Position numbers and translations under genes: made by a program
In this document: positions 48,692-59,992 of the stretch, one piece after another
Position numbering within the stretch: the first letter of the stretch is position 1
Layout: the number at the start of each line of letters is the position of its first letter
The notes under the pieces: model-generated
The model's database searches: none
Told to the model about the DNA's origin: nothing
What the model saw: only the letters and a program-made list of their open reading frames with translations
Source of the DNA: Brevundimonas sp.
GTDB taxonomy: Bacteria; Pseudomonadota; Alphaproteobacteria; Caulobacterales; Caulobacteraceae
Length of the DNA stretch: 64,000 nucleotides
Reading direction: 5' to 3'
NCBI RefSeq assembly: GCF_041648615.1
Contig: NZ_JBAZOS010000012.1
Span: 225 to 64,224, forward strand

Positions 48692-49654
48692 TTGGTCACG
48701 CTGATCGACACCCTGAGGAAGACGCCGGCCGAGTTGCGTCACCCGGAAAAGCAGAACCGCCCGGAAACCGCCGTGCTGAAGAAGCCCGACTGGCTGCGCG
48801 TCAAGGCGCCCGGCTCGGGCCAGTACAATGCGACAAAGGCCATCGTGAAGGACAAGGGTCTGGTCACGGTCTGCGAGGAGGCGGCCTGTCCGAACATCGG
48901 CGAGTGCTGGAGTCAGAAGCACGCCACCCTGATGATCATGGGCGACACCTGCACGCGGGCCTGCGCCTTCTGCAACGTCAAGACCGGCCTGCCGCAGCCG
49001 CTCGATCCGGAAGAACCCGCGAAGGTTGGGATGGCCGTGGCGGAGATGGGTCTGAACCACGTCGTGATCACCTCGGTCGATCGGGATGACGTCTCCGACG
49101 GCGGCGCCGCTCACTTCGCCGAAGTGGTGCGCCAGATCCGCCTGCAGGCCCCGAACACCACCATCGAGATCCTGACCCCCGACTTCCTGCGCAAGGACGG
49201 GGCGGCCGAGGTGATGATCGACGCTGCGCCGGACGTGTTCAACCACAACCTCGAGACCGTGCCGCGGCTCTATCTGAAGATCCGGCCGGGCGCCCGCTAC
49301 TTCCACAGCCTGCGCCTGCTGCAGATGGTCAAGGAGCGCGACCCCAACCAGTTCACCAAGTCCGGCATCATGGTGGGCCTGGGCGAGACCCGCGAAGAGG
49401 TCATGCAGGTGATGGACGACATGCGTTCCGCCGGCGTCGACTTCATCACCATCGGCCAGTACCTGCAGCCGACCCGCAAACACGCCGCCATCGACCGCTT
49501 CGTCACCCCGGACGAGTTCAAGGCCTATGAGGCCATCGCCCGGGCCAAGGGGTTCCTGATGGTGTCCTCCTCGCCCCTGACCCGCAGCTCGCACCACGCC
49601 GGCGACGACTTCGCCCGGCTGAGGGCGGCGCGGCTGGCGCAGACCGGACGGTGA
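48692..49654 (+). CDS. lipA: Lipoyl synthase
   Basis: [37 protein letters not shown]; TTG start inferred. Confidence 0.97.
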   Translation: MVTLIDTLRKTPAELRHPEKQNRPETAVLKKPDWLRVKAPGSGQYNATKAIVKDKGLVTVCEEAACPNIGECWSQKHATLMIMGDTCTRACAFCNVKTGLPQPLDPEEPAKVGMAVAEMGLNHVVITSVDRDDVSDGGAAHFAEVVRQIRLQAPNTTIEILTPDFLRKDGAAEVMIDAAPDVFNHNLETVPRLYLKIRPGARYFHSLRLLQMVKERDPNQFTKSGIMVGLGETREEVMQVMDDMRSAGVDFITIGQYLQPTRKHAAIDRFVTPDEFKAYEAIARAKGFLMVSSSPLTRSSHHAGDDFARLRAARLAQTGR

Positions 49655-49661
49655 GGGCGAC

Positions 49662-49967
49662 GTGCCGCTGTCTCACCCTCGGTCCGAGCCGTCTAATCCA
49701 AGTCTCGGGAACCGCCCCTTCTTCATTCTTGGGCTCGCATTCGCGGGTGTGAACGTGATTTTGGTCACCATGCTGGCCATCAGCGTTTTGAGACTGCTCG
49801 ACAATCCCCTTTACGTACGTTCGACTGCAATCATCAGCGGGATTGCGGTCTTGGCGGTCGTGCTGCGGCTAGCGCGACGTACGGCGCTCGCCAACATCGT
49901 GATCGGCCTTCAATTCGTGATCTCCATCGTGCTTCTGACGGACGGTTTGGACGGCGTCGCGTATTAA
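49662..49967 (+). CDS. Small hypothetical membrane protein, lower GC
   Basis: Three hydrophobic segments; stop overlaps the ratA ATG (TAATG); many A/T-ending codons. Confidence 0.6.
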   Translation: MPLSHPRSEPSNPSLGNRPFFILGLAFAGVNVILVTMLAISVLRLLDNPLYVRSTAIISGIAVLAVVLRLARRTALANIVIGLQFVISIVLLTDGLDGVAY

Positions 49968-50422
49968 TGGCGACCCACCGCGTCACGAAAATCCTGCCCT
50001 ATACGCCCGCCCAGCTGGCCGCGCTGGTCGCCGACGTGCGCGCCTATCCCGAGTTCGTGCCCTGGGTCACCGCCATGCGGACCTGGAGCCCGCGCGAGGA
50101 GGCGCCTGGCGTGTCGCTGCTCGACGCCGAGGCGGCGGTCGGCTTCTCCTTCCTCAAGGAGCGGTTCTCGACCTGGGTGCGGCATGACCGGAACCGCGAC
50201 GTGGTCGAGGTGGGCCTTATCCGCGGCCCGTTCAAACACCTGAACAACCGTTGGGAGTTCTTCCCCGACCCCAAGGGCGCGCGGGTCGAGTTCTTCATCG
50301 ACTTCGCCTTCAAGTCACGACTGCTGGACGGCGTGCTGCACGCCAATTTCGATCGCGCGGTCGGCAAGCTGATGCACTGTTTCGAGGCCCGCGCGGCCAG
50401 CCTCTATGGTCCGAAGGCGTGA
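49967..50422 (+). CDS. ratA: RatA/Coq10 START-domain protein
   Basis: LVADVRAYPEFVPW, GPFKHL.N.W.F, FE.RA..LYG; usual lipA neighbour. Confidence 0.88.
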   Translation: MATHRVTKILPYTPAQLAALVADVRAYPEFVPWVTAMRTWSPREEAPGVSLLDAEAAVGFSFLKERFSTWVRHDRNRDVVEVGLIRGPFKHLNNRWEFFPDPKGARVEFFIDFAFKSRLLDGVLHANFDRAVGKLMHCFEARAASLYGPKA

Positions 50423-51531
50423 GCTTCGACTTCGACGCGACGGTGGTCGGCGCCGGCGCGGTCGGCCTGGCCTGCGGCCGGGCGCTGGCCAGGCGCGGCC
50501 TGTCGGTGCTGGTGCTGGAGAAGGAGCCCCACATCGGCCAAGGTGTGTCGTCGCGCAATTCCGAGGTCATCCACGGCGGCCTCTACTATCCGACCGGCTC
50601 GCTGAAGGCGCGGTACTGCGTCGCGGGCCGACGGCTGCTCTACGCCTTCCTCGAGAGCCACAAGGTCGACTTCCGCAAATGCGGCAAGCTGGTCGTCGCC
50701 ACCGAAGAGACCGAGGTGGCGCGCATCGAAGCCATCTTCGAACAGGGCGTGACCAATGAGGTCGAGGGGCTGGATCACCTGACCGGGCCCCAGGCCCGGG
50801 CGCTGGAGCCCGGCCTGAACGCCCACGCGGCCATCCTGTCCCCCGAAAGCGGCGTCTTCGACAGCCACGGCTACATGCTGGCCTTGCAGGGCGAGATCGA
50901 GGACGCCGGCGGGTCGGTGGTCGTCTCCACCCCGTTCGAACGCGCCGAGCCTCTGCCCGGCGGCGGCTTCACCCTCACCGCGGGCGGGGAGGGCGGGGCG
51001 ACCCTGACCACCCGGCTGCTGGTTGCGGCCCCCGGCCTCGGGGCCCAGGACGTGGCGGGTCGAATCGCGGGCTATCCCGTCGTCCGCATCCCCGCGGGCC
51101 ATTTCGGCAAGGGCGTCTATTTCCGCCTGACCGGCAAGGCCCCGTTCGAGCGGCTGATCTATCCGCCGCCCATTCCCGGCGCCCTGGGCACCCACTACCG
51201 CAAGGATCTCGGCGGTCAGGCCGTGTTCGGGCCCGACCTCGTCTATGTCGAGACCGAGGACTATTCGGTCGATCCGGCCAAGGCGGGCGAGTTCGAGCGC
51301 TATATCCGTCGCTTCTGGCCCGGCCTGCCCGACGGGGCTCTGTCGACCGACTACGCCGGCATCCGGCCCAAGCTGCACGGACCGGGCGAGCCGCAGCCGG
51401 ACTTCCAGCTGCGCGGTCGCGATGATCACGGGATCGCGGGTCTGGTCGCCCTGTTCGGCATCGAGAGCCCGGGCCTGACCAGCTCCCTTGCGATCGGCGA
51501 GGCGGTCGGCGACATGCTGGGCCATGACTGA
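50419..51531 (+). CDS. FAD-dependent oxidoreductase (L-2-hydroxyglutarate oxidase-like)
   Basis: VVGAGAVG, SSRNSEVIHGG.YY, GIRPK, GIESPGLTSS. Confidence 0.88.
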   Translation: MSFDFDATVVGAGAVGLACGRALARRGLSVLVLEKEPHIGQGVSSRNSEVIHGGLYYPTGSLKARYCVAGRRLLYAFLESHKVDFRKCGKLVVATEETEVARIEAIFEQGVTNEVEGLDHLTGPQARALEPGLNAHAAILSPESGVFDSHGYMLALQGEIEDAGGSVVVSTPFERAEPLPGGGFTLTAGGEGGATLTTRLLVAAPGLGAQDVAGRIAGYPVVRIPAGHFGKGVYFRLTGKAPFERLIYPPPIPGALGTHYRKDLGGQAVFGPDLVYVETEDYSVDPAKAGEFERYIRRFWPGLPDGALSTDYAGIRPKLHGPGEPQPDFQLRGRDDHGIAGLVALFGIESPGLTSSLAIGEAVGDMLGHD

Positions 51532-52054
51532 GATCGACATCCGCGACGCCGTCCCGGCCGACATTCCCGCCCTGCACCGCCTGATCGAGAGCGCCTATCG
51601 CGGGAAGGCCTCGCGCGCCGGCTGGACCACGGAGGCGGATCTGCTGGACGGCCAGCGCACCGATCCCGAAGACCTGGCCGGGATCCTCGCCGATCCGAAA
51701 CAGGCCCTGCTGTCGGCGTGGCGCGGCGAAGAACCCGTCGGCTGCGTCCTGATCGCCGACCGGGGCGAGGGGACGGGCTATTTCGGCATGCTGTCGGTCA
51801 GCCCGACCTTGCAGGGCGGCGGTCTCGGGCGCCGGCTCGTCGAGGCGGCCCATGCGGCCGTGGCGGATCGATTCGGCGCCCGACGGGTGCGAATCTCGGT
51901 GTTTCCGCAGCGCGAAACCTTGATCGCCTGGTATCAGCGACTGGGCTATCGCCTGACCGGAGACACCCTGCCGTTCCCCTATGGCGAACCCCGGTTCGGC
52001 CTGCCGCGGCGCGACGATCTGTACTTCCTGGTCATGGAACGCGCCCTCGATTGA
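51524..52054 (+). CDS. GNAT acetyltransferase
   Basis: SAYRG...GWTTE, GMLSVSPTLQGGGLG, LIAWY.RLGY. Confidence 0.88.
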   Translation: MTEIDIRDAVPADIPALHRLIESAYRGKASRAGWTTEADLLDGQRTDPEDLAGILADPKQALLSAWRGEEPVGCVLIADRGEGTGYFGMLSVSPTLQGGGLGRRLVEAAHAAVADRFGARRVRISVFPQRETLIAWYQRLGYRLTGDTLPFPYGEPRFGLPRRDDLYFLVMERALD

Positions 52055-52186
52055 GCCGCGCCGCGACATGCCTTGAAATCGCCCGCGGCTTCATGCATAA
52101 GCCCGCCCTCGCTGGCGGCTCTTTCTCGGGCCGCCGCTGTTGTTTTCGCGCCCCTGCTGGCGTCGACTTGGAAGATTGAGACGGAC

Positions 52187-52369
52187 ATGGCCGTTCCGAA
52201 GCGCAAAGTATCGCCCTCGCGTCGCAACATGCGCCGCGCCCACGACTCGCTGGGGACCAATCCCTATACCGAGGACAAGGACACGGGCGAGCTGCGCCGC
52301 TCGCACCACATTGACCTGAAGACCGGCACCTATCGCGGCCGTCAGGTCCTGACGCCCAAGGAAGACTAG
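52187..52369 (+). CDS. rpmF: 50S ribosomal protein L32
   Basis: [17 protein letters not shown]...HH...GTYRGRQV. Confidence 0.97.
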   Translation: MAVPKRKVSPSRRNMRRAHDSLGTNPYTEDKDTGELRRSHHIDLKTGTYRGRQVLTPKED

Positions 52370-52417
52370 GTCTTTCCAGGGTCTCGGCTGAAAAGCCATG
52401 CCTTGCTGAAAAGATTG

Positions 52418-52446
52418 ACGGCGCGCGGTTATCCGCGCGCCGTTTT
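52418..52446 (+). terminator. Rho-independent terminator after rpmF
   Basis: ACGGCGCGCGG-TTAT-CCGCGCGCCGT followed by TTT. Confidence 0.75.
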
Positions 52447-52482
52447 CATGCGTTGATGCTCCGAACCCCCAGGAGCCGCTCC

Positions 52483-53088
52483 ATGATCCGCCCCCTTTTG
52501 CTGACCTCCGCCGTCCTGATGCTGGCCGCCTGTGGCGCGCCCGACCCGGAACCCGCGAAGCCCGCGGCGCCGGTGGAACCCGCCGCTCCCGCTGCGACGC
52601 CCGCCACGACCAATGCCGTCACGGCCGAAGGCTGGGGCCCGCTGCGCATCGGCATGACCCGCGCCGAGGTCGAGACGGCGCTGGGCCCCGACGCCAATCC
52701 CGGGGCCGTCGGCGGTCCGGATCCGGCGTCGTGCGACACCTTCCATCCGGAGCGCGCTCCGGAAGGCCTGACGGTGATGGTCGAGAACGGCGTCCTGACC
52801 AGCATCTGGCTCGCCCGCGCCGCCACGCTCAAGACCGACCGCGGCTTCGGCGTGGGTGACGAAGCCGCCGCCATCAAGACCGCCTACGGTTCGGCCGCGA
52901 CGGCGTCGCCGCACAAATACAGCGAGCCCCCGGCCGAATACATCACCGCCTGGAGCAGCGGCGGCGGGACCGGCTATGTCCAGAACCCGGCGGCGCGCGG
53001 GATCAACTATCACATCGGAAACGACGGCCGCGTCCAGCAGGTCGCAGCCGGCGGTCCCAGCATTCAGTATGTGGAAGGCTGCGCCTGA
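52483..53088 (+). CDS. Hypothetical lipoprotein
   Basis: RBS AGGAG, lipobox LAAC, Pro/Ala linker, repeated half-domains LRIGMTRAEV / FGVGDEAAAI. Confidence 0.78.
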   Translation: MIRPLLLTSAVLMLAACGAPDPEPAKPAAPVEPAAPAATPATTNAVTAEGWGPLRIGMTRAEVETALGPDANPGAVGGPDPASCDTFHPERAPEGLTVMVENGVLTSIWLARAATLKTDRGFGVGDEAAAIKTAYGSAATASPHKYSEPPAEYITAWSSGGGTGYVQNPAARGINYHIGNDGRVQQVAAGGPSIQYVEGCA

Positions 53089-53144
53089 AGCGTTGAGGTT
53101 GGCGATTCGGCGGGGCCTGCGCTAAACCCCGCCGACTTCCCTGA

Positions 53145-54440
<1,296 letters not shown>

Positions 54441-54539
54441 GCGCCGCTTCGCAGATTCTACGGCCAAGCTACGGTTCGTTAGGCATTTTCGGTCAGACTC
54501 TTTCAATCTTGAGTCCGCGCTCAGAAGGAGCGTCCAAAA

Positions 54540-54869
54540 GTGCCCGACCGGATGAAGCCCTATTTCCCGTCAGCGATCCTGCTGCTGCTGATCGTCTATC
54601 TGGGCGTCCAGGCCCTGACCGGTCAGCGCGGTCTGCTGAGCGGTCATGAGCGCGACGCCATGCTGGTGCGCCGCGAGACCCAGCTTGCGGGAATCATGGA
54701 GCAGCGGCGGGACCTCGAGGTCCGCGTCCGCTATCTGCGCACCGACAGTCTCTCGCGAGACCTGCTCGAGGAGCGCGCGCGCGCCGTGCTGGGCTTCAGC
54801 GACCCGCGCGACTATGTGATCCGGGTCTCCGCGCCGGCGACGCCGAGGGCTTCCGCACCGCGGGCGTGA
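54540..54869 (+). CDS. ftsB: Septum formation initiator FtsB/DivIC
   Basis: Single TM, G.RG, coiled coil, DLLEERAR..LG; follows eno. Confidence 0.82.
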   Translation: MPDRMKPYFPSAILLLLIVYLGVQALTGQRGLLSGHERDAMLVRRETQLAGIMEQRRDLEVRVRYLRTDSLSRDLLEERARAVLGFSDPRDYVIRVSAPATPRASAPRA

Positions 54870-54994
54870 ACTTTCGTTACAGCTTGACCGGAGCGCTTTG
54901 CGTTTCGGGAACGAAGGCTGCTAAAGCCCCTTTCCGTAACGACAAGAGGCCCTGCATCCTGCCATTCGGCGAGGGCCCAGCCGGGAGATGACGG

Positions 54995-56023
54995 ATGGCG
55001 AAAGCCCCCGCCGCCAAAGCTGATTCCAGCAAGGCGACAAAACTGCCCAATACGCCGGCGGCTTCGAAAGAAGACCTGCTGCGCTTCTATCGCGAGATGG
55101 TCCTCATCCGCCGGTTCGAGGAGCGCGCGGGCCAGCTGTACGGCATGGGTCTGATCGGCGGCTTCTGCCACCTGTACATCGGCCAGGAAGCCGTGGCCGT
55201 GGGCGTTCAGGAGAGCGTCCGCCAGGGCCACGACAAGATCATCACCGGCTACCGCGACCACGGCCACATGCTGTGCGCCGGCATGGACCCGAAACAGGTC
55301 ATGGCCGAGCTGACCGGCCGCATCGGCGGCTCGTCCAAGGGCAAGGGCGGGTCGATGCACATGTTCGACACCGCCACCGGCTTCTACGGCGGTCACGGCA
55401 TCGTCGGGGCGCAGGTGGCGCTGGGCACCGGCCTGGCGTTCGCCGGTCGCTACCGGGGCGATGACTCGGTCGCCTTCATCTATTTCGGCGATGGCGCGGC
55501 CAACCAGGGCCAGGTCTATGAGAGCTTCAACATGGCCCAGCTGTGGAAGCTGCCGGCCATCTACATCATCGAGAACAACCAGTACGCCATGGGCACGAGC
55601 ATCGAACGCTCGTCCTCGACGACCCGGCTGAGCGAGCGCGGGGCCAGCTTCGGCATCCCCGGCGAACAGGTCGACGGCATGGACGTCCTGGCCGTGCGCG
55701 ACGCGGTGGCCAAGGCCGTGAAGCGCGCCCGCGAAGGCGGCGGGCCCTTCATCCTGGAGATGAAGACCTACCGCTATCGCGGCCACTCCATGTCGGATCC
55801 GGCCAAATACCGGGCCAAGGAAGAGGTCGACGAGGTCAAGAAAACGCGTGACCCCATCGACCACGTGAAGATGCTGCTGGAGCAGGCGAAGGCCAGCGAG
55901 GACGAGATCAAGGCGATCGACGCCGAGGTGAAGACCATCGTCGCCGAAGCCGTTCAATTCGCCCAGGAAAGCCCGGAGCCGGACCCGTCCGAGCTCTATA
56001 CCGACGTCTATGTGGAGGCGTAG
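54995..56023 (+). CDS. pdhA: Pyruvate dehydrogenase E1 alpha
   Basis: GFCHLYIGQEA, GKGGSMH, GDGAANQG, YRYRGHSMSDP. Confidence 0.97.
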   Translation: MAKAPAAKADSSKATKLPNTPAASKEDLLRFYREMVLIRRFEERAGQLYGMGLIGGFCHLYIGQEAVAVGVQESVRQGHDKIITGYRDHGHMLCAGMDPKQVMAELTGRIGGSSKGKGGSMHMFDTATGFYGGHGIVGAQVALGTGLAFAGRYRGDDSVAFIYFGDGAANQGQVYESFNMAQLWKLPAIYIIENNQYAMGTSIERSSSTTRLSERGASFGIPGEQVDGMDVLAVRDAVAKAVKRAREGGGPFILEMKTYRYRGHSMSDPAKYRAKEEVDEVKKTRDPIDHVKMLLEQAKASEDEIKAIDAEVKTIVAEAVQFAQESPEPDPSELYTDVYVEA

Positions 56024-56485
56024 GTGATGTTCGGCGTCCCACTCAGGAATTTGGCCTTGTTCGCCACGGTGAATATCGTCGCGACGGTCGCCCTGGGGGT
56101 GATTTTTCTCCTCCTCGACAGTCAGTTCGGCTTTGATGGAGGCTCAAGCGCAAGCTGGATCCCTTCGTTCGCGGTCGCCTGCCTCGTGGCCGGAAGAGCC
56201 TATGCCAAGGGTTCCGGTTGGACGTGGACACGTGAAGATCGGCGGAACCTGGCGATGGCCTATGCGGCCGCGGCCTTCCTGATTGGACTGGTGATTGCGC
56301 TGGGCGCTTTCGCTTTCGATCCGAACGTATTCGCCACACTCGGAGCTTTCTGGGGAATCTTCCTCCTGGTCTTTGGGGGGCTTTTCGGGAGTCTGATTTC
56401 CTATGCTCTCGCTCGTTTGTTGCTGGGGCGGGCGGTTCGGCGGAGCGGCAACCCCGATGACCATCCATCCAAGGTGCGGAACTAA
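56024..56485 (+). CDS. Hypothetical 4-TM membrane protein, lower GC
   Basis: Four hydrophobic segments; abuts the pdhA stop and ends 3 nt before pdhB; atypical codon usage. Confidence 0.65.
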   Translation: MMFGVPLRNLALFATVNIVATVALGVIFLLLDSQFGFDGGSSASWIPSFAVACLVAGRAYAKGSGWTWTREDRRNLAMAYAAAAFLIGLVIALGAFAFDPNVFATLGAFWGIFLLVFGGLFGSLISYALARLLLGRAVRRSGNPDDHPSKVRN

Positions 56486-56488
56486 GAA

Positions 56489-57904
56489 ATGACCGACATT
56501 CTCATGCCGGCGCTGTCGCCCACGATGGAAGAGGGCACGCTGACCAAATGGCACATCAAGGCGGGTGACACGGTCAAGGCCGGGGACGTCATCGCCGAGA
56601 TCGAGACCGACAAGGCGACCATGGAGGTCGAGGCCGTCGACGAGGGCGAGGTGCTTGAAATCCTCGTCGCCGAGGGCGCCGAGAACGTGAAGGTCAACAC
56701 CCCGATCGCCCGTCTGGCGGGCGAGGATTCGGCGGGGAATTCGACGACGAAATCCGGCGATTCCGGAGACGCCGCGACGACGACTCCGGCGACGACGGAG
56801 ACTTCGACCACGCCGGAGACGAAACCGGCCGCCGAGGCCAAGACCGGCGATCCCGAAAAGGCGCCGCCGCAGGCCCCGAGCCCGAAGGTCGAACTGCGCG
56901 ATCCCGAGATCCCGGCCGGCGCCAAAATGGTCAAGACCACCATCCGCGACGCCCTGCGCGACGCCATGGCCGAGGAGATGCGCCGCGACGACAAGGTGTT
57001 CCTGATCGGCGAGGAGGTCGCCCAGTACCAGGGCGCCTACAAGGTCAGCCGCGAACTGCTTCAGGAGTTCGGCGACAAACGGGTGGTCGACACCCCGATC
57101 ACCGAGCACGGCTTCGCCGGCCTCGGCGTCGGCGCGGCCATGGCCGGCCTGAGGCCGATCGTCGAATTCATGACCTTCAACTTCGCCATGCAGGCCATCG
57201 ACCACATCATCAATTCGGCGGCCAAGACGCTCTACATGTCGGGCGGCCAGATCCGCGCCAGCATCGTCTTCCGCGGCCCCAACGGCGCCGCCAGCCGCGT
57301 GGGCGCCCAGCACAGCCAGGACTATTCCGCCTGGTACGCCCAGGTGCCGGGCCTGAAGGTCATCGCCCCCTATGACGCGGCCGACGCCAAGGGCCTGATG
57401 AAGTCGGCCATCCGCGACCCCAACCCCGTCGTCTTCCTCGAGCACGAGATGATGTACGGTCTGGAGTTCGACGTCCCCGAAGTGGAGGACTGGCTGGTCC
57501 CGATCGGCAAGGCGAAGGTCCGCCGCGAGGGGACCGACGTCACCATCACCGCCCACAGCCGCATGGTCGGCTTCGCCCTGCAGGCCGCCGAGACGCTGGC
57601 CGGGGAGGGGATCAGCTGCGAGGTCGTCGACCTGCGCACCCTGCGTCCGCTCGACCACGAGACCATCGTCGAAAGCGTGAAGAAGACCAGCCGCCTGGTC
57701 TCGGCCGAGGAGGGCTGGGGTCCGATGGGCGTCGGCGCCGAGGTCGTGGCCCGGGTCATCGAACACGCGTTCGACTATCTGGATGCGCCGCCGCTGCGGG
57801 TGCATCAGGAGGATGTGCCTCTGCCCTACGCCGCCAATCTGGAAGCCCTGTCGCTGCCGGGCGTGGACAAGATCATCGCCGCCGTGAAACGGGTGATGGC
57901 ATGA
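56489..57904 (+). CDS. pdhB: Pyruvate dehydrogenase E1 beta with N-terminal lipoyl domain
   Basis: ETDKA lipoyl motif, GEEV..YQGAYK, DTPITE, GAQHSQ. Confidence 0.97.
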   Translation: MTDILMPALSPTMEEGTLTKWHIKAGDTVKAGDVIAEIETDKATMEVEAVDEGEVLEILVAEGAENVKVNTPIARLAGEDSAGNSTTKSGDSGDAATTTPATTETSTTPETKPAAEAKTGDPEKAPPQAPSPKVELRDPEIPAGAKMVKTTIRDALRDAMAEEMRRDDKVFLIGEEVAQYQGAYKVSRELLQEFGDKRVVDTPITEHGFAGLGVGAAMAGLRPIVEFMTFNFAMQAIDHIINSAAKTLYMSGGQIRASIVFRGPNGAASRVGAQHSQDYSAWYAQVPGLKVIAPYDAADAKGLMKSAIRDPNPVVFLEHEMMYGLEFDVPEVEDWLVPIGKAKVRREGTDVTITAHSRMVGFALQAAETLAGEGISCEVVDLRTLRPLDHETIVESVKKTSRLVSAEEGWGPMGVGAEVVARVIEHAFDYLDAPPLRVHQEDVPLPYAANLEALSLPGVDKIIAAVKRVMA

Positions 57905-58218
57905 GCGAGAAGCCGGAATTCCAGCTGATCACGCCCGAGAGCGTCGCGGCCGACCCCGAGGCCGTCGAGATCATGCGGATGTGGTGGTCGAAGGGCGAGC
58001 CGGTCATGTCGGTCAAGCCCGCCTTCAACGACCCGCTTCAGTTCGGTCAGATGCTGGCCTATGCGGCCAAACACATGGCGCACGGCTACGCCGTCCGGCA
58101 TGGCCACAATGAACGTGAGGCCTATCAGCGGATTCTGACGGGGCTGTCCGACGTGATCAAGGCGGACAACGTCCAGACCGTGGCCGAGCCGGCCTCCACG
58201 CCCGGGAGCGTGCAATGA
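57901..58218 (+). CDS. DUF5076-like small protein
   Basis: AVEIMRMW...F.DP..FG.ML...AKH.A..Y pattern; ATGA overlaps on both sides. Confidence 0.7.
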   Translation: MSEKPEFQLITPESVAADPEAVEIMRMWWSKGEPVMSVKPAFNDPLQFGQMLAYAAKHMAHGYAVRHGHNEREAYQRILTGLSDVIKADNVQTVAEPASTPGSVQ

Positions 58219-58445
58219 CCGACATCCTGATGCCTGCCCTGTCGCCCACGATGGAAGAGGGCGTTCTGGCCAAATGGCACGTCAAGGTCGGCGACGTGGT
58301 CAAGGCCGGCGACGTCATCGCCGAGATCGAAACCGACAAGGCGACCATGGAGGTCGAGGCCGTCGACGAGGGCGAGGTCACCGACATCCTCGTGGCCGAG
58401 GGCTCTGAGGGGGTGAAGGTCAATACGCCGATCGCCCGCCTCAAG
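58215..58445 (+). repeat. Lipoyl-domain coding repeat, similar to 56489-56720
   Basis: Near-identical DNA including CTGTCGCCCACGATGGAAGAGGGC and GACAAGGCGACCATGGAGGTCGAGGCCGTCGACGAGGGCGAGGT in pdhB and pdhC. Confidence 0.85.
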
Positions 58446-59498
58446 GACGAGGGCGGCGCGGCCGCCCCGGCGCCGAAGGCCGCCGCGGCTCCGGCGGAGG
58501 TCCCCGGGGCCGCACCGGTCAAGGCCGAGGCTGTCGCGGCGCCCGCCGCCGCCGCCCCGAAATCCCCGTCCGCCCCCGCGAAAGCGGACGGCGAACGCGT
58601 CTTCGCCTCGCCGCTGGCCCGGCGGATCGCGGCGCAGAAGGGCGTCGACCTGAAATCCATCAAGGGCACCGGCCCCCACGGCCGCATCGTCAAACGCGAT
58701 GTCGAGGGCGTCAAAGGCGGGGCTCAGACTCCGGCCGCCCAGACCGCCGCGGCGCCGGCCGGCGAGGTCCGCAAGGTCCAGTCCCTGGCCCAGATGGGCA
58801 TACCCGACGGCAGCTACGACCTGATCCCGCTCGACGGCATGCGCAAGGCCATCGCGCGGCGCCTGACCGACAGCTTCCGCGACGTGCCGCATTTCCCGCT
58901 GAACATCGATTGCGAGATCGACGGCCTGCTGGCCTCGCGCGCCAGGGTCAATGCGATGCTCGAGACATCGGGCGTCAAGGTTTCGGTCAACGACTTCGTC
59001 ATCAAGGCCTCGGCCATGGCGCTGAAGGCGGTGCCCGAGGCCAACGCCAGCTATTCGCCCGAGGGCATCGCCATGCACCACCACGCCGACGTGGCGATGG
59101 CGGTGGCTATCGACGGCGGCCTGATCACCCCGATCATCCGCGCGGCCGAGACCAAGTCCCTGTCGCAGATCGCGACCGAGTCCAAGGACCTGGCCAAGCG
59201 CGCCCGCGACCGCAAGCTGAAGCCCGAGGAATTCCAGGGCGGCACCTTCTCGGTGTCCAACCTCGGCATGTTCGGCATCCAGTCGTTCGCCTCGATCATC
59301 AACGAGCCCCAGGGCGCGATCATGAGCGTGGGCGCCGGCGCGCCGCGGGCCGTGGTCAAGGACGGCCAGCTGGCCGTCGCCACGGTGATGACGGTCACCC
59401 TGACCTGCGATCATCGCGTGGTGGACGGCGCCATCGGAGCCAAATTCCTGCAGGTCTTCAAGGCGATGATCGAAGATCCCGTGACGATGCTGGCCTGA
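58215..59498 (+). CDS. pdhC: Dihydrolipoamide acetyltransferase E2
   Basis: Lipoyl ETDKA, E3-binding [22 protein letters not shown]. Confidence 0.96.
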   Translation: MTDILMPALSPTMEEGVLAKWHVKVGDVVKAGDVIAEIETDKATMEVEAVDEGEVTDILVAEGSEGVKVNTPIARLKDEGGAAAPAPKAAAAPAEVPGAAPVKAEAVAAPAAAAPKSPSAPAKADGERVFASPLARRIAAQKGVDLKSIKGTGPHGRIVKRDVEGVKGGAQTPAAQTAAAPAGEVRKVQSLAQMGIPDGSYDLIPLDGMRKAIARRLTDSFRDVPHFPLNIDCEIDGLLASRARVNAMLETSGVKVSVNDFVIKASAMALKAVPEANASYSPEGIAMHHHADVAMAVAIDGGLITPIIRAAETKSLSQIATESKDLAKRARDRKLKPEEFQGGTFSVSNLGMFGIQSFASIINEPQGAIMSVGAGAPRAVVKDGQLAVATVMTVTLTCDHRVVDGAIGAKFLQVFKAMIEDPVTMLA

Positions 59499-59511
59499 GC
59501 GGAGACGCGGC

Positions 59512-59991
59512 GTGACCACGGTCTATGATTTCAGCGCCACGGCCATCGACGGCGCCGAGCAGGCGCTGGAGCAATACCGTGGGCAGGCCCTGCTGATCGT
59601 CAACACGGCGTCCAAATGCGGCTTCACCGGCCAGTACGCCGGACTGGAGGCGCTGCATCGTCAGTATACGGACAAACCGTTCGAGGTGCTGGGTTTCCCC
59701 TGCAACCAGTTCGGCCAGCAGGAGCCCGGCCGCGCCGCCGAGATCGCCAGCTTCTGCTCCGCCACCTATGGCGTCGACTTTCCGATGTTCGACAAGGTCG
59801 AGGTCAACGGTCCGAACCGGCACCCGCTCTACGCCTGGCTGACCAGCCAGAAGAAGGGCTTCCTCGGCAGCCGCGACATCAAATGGAATTTCACCAAATT
59901 CCTGACCGACCGGGAGGGGCGGGTGGTCGCCCGCTACGCCCCCCAGGTCGAACCCGAGGCCATCAAGGCCGATATCGACAGGCTGATCTGA
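59512..59991 (+). CDS. Glutathione peroxidase (Cys type)
   Basis: NTASKCGFT, GFPCNQFG.QEPG, KWNFTKFL. Confidence 0.95.
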   Translation: MTTVYDFSATAIDGAEQALEQYRGQALLIVNTASKCGFTGQYAGLEALHRQYTDKPFEVLGFPCNQFGQQEPGRAAEIASFCSATYGVDFPMFDKVEVNGPNRHPLYAWLTSQKKGFLGSRDIKWNFTKFLTDREGRVVARYAPQVEPEAIKADIDRLI

Positions 59992-59992
59992 C

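Noticed and set aside
49967-50422. ratA plus upstream small ORF as a toxin-antitoxin pair
   Set aside because: RatA/Coq10 is a ubiquinone-binding START protein, and the upstream ORF does not resemble RatB/RnfH
59512-59991. Selenocysteine glutathione peroxidase
   Set aside because: The catalytic residue is encoded by TGC (Cys), with no in-frame TGA
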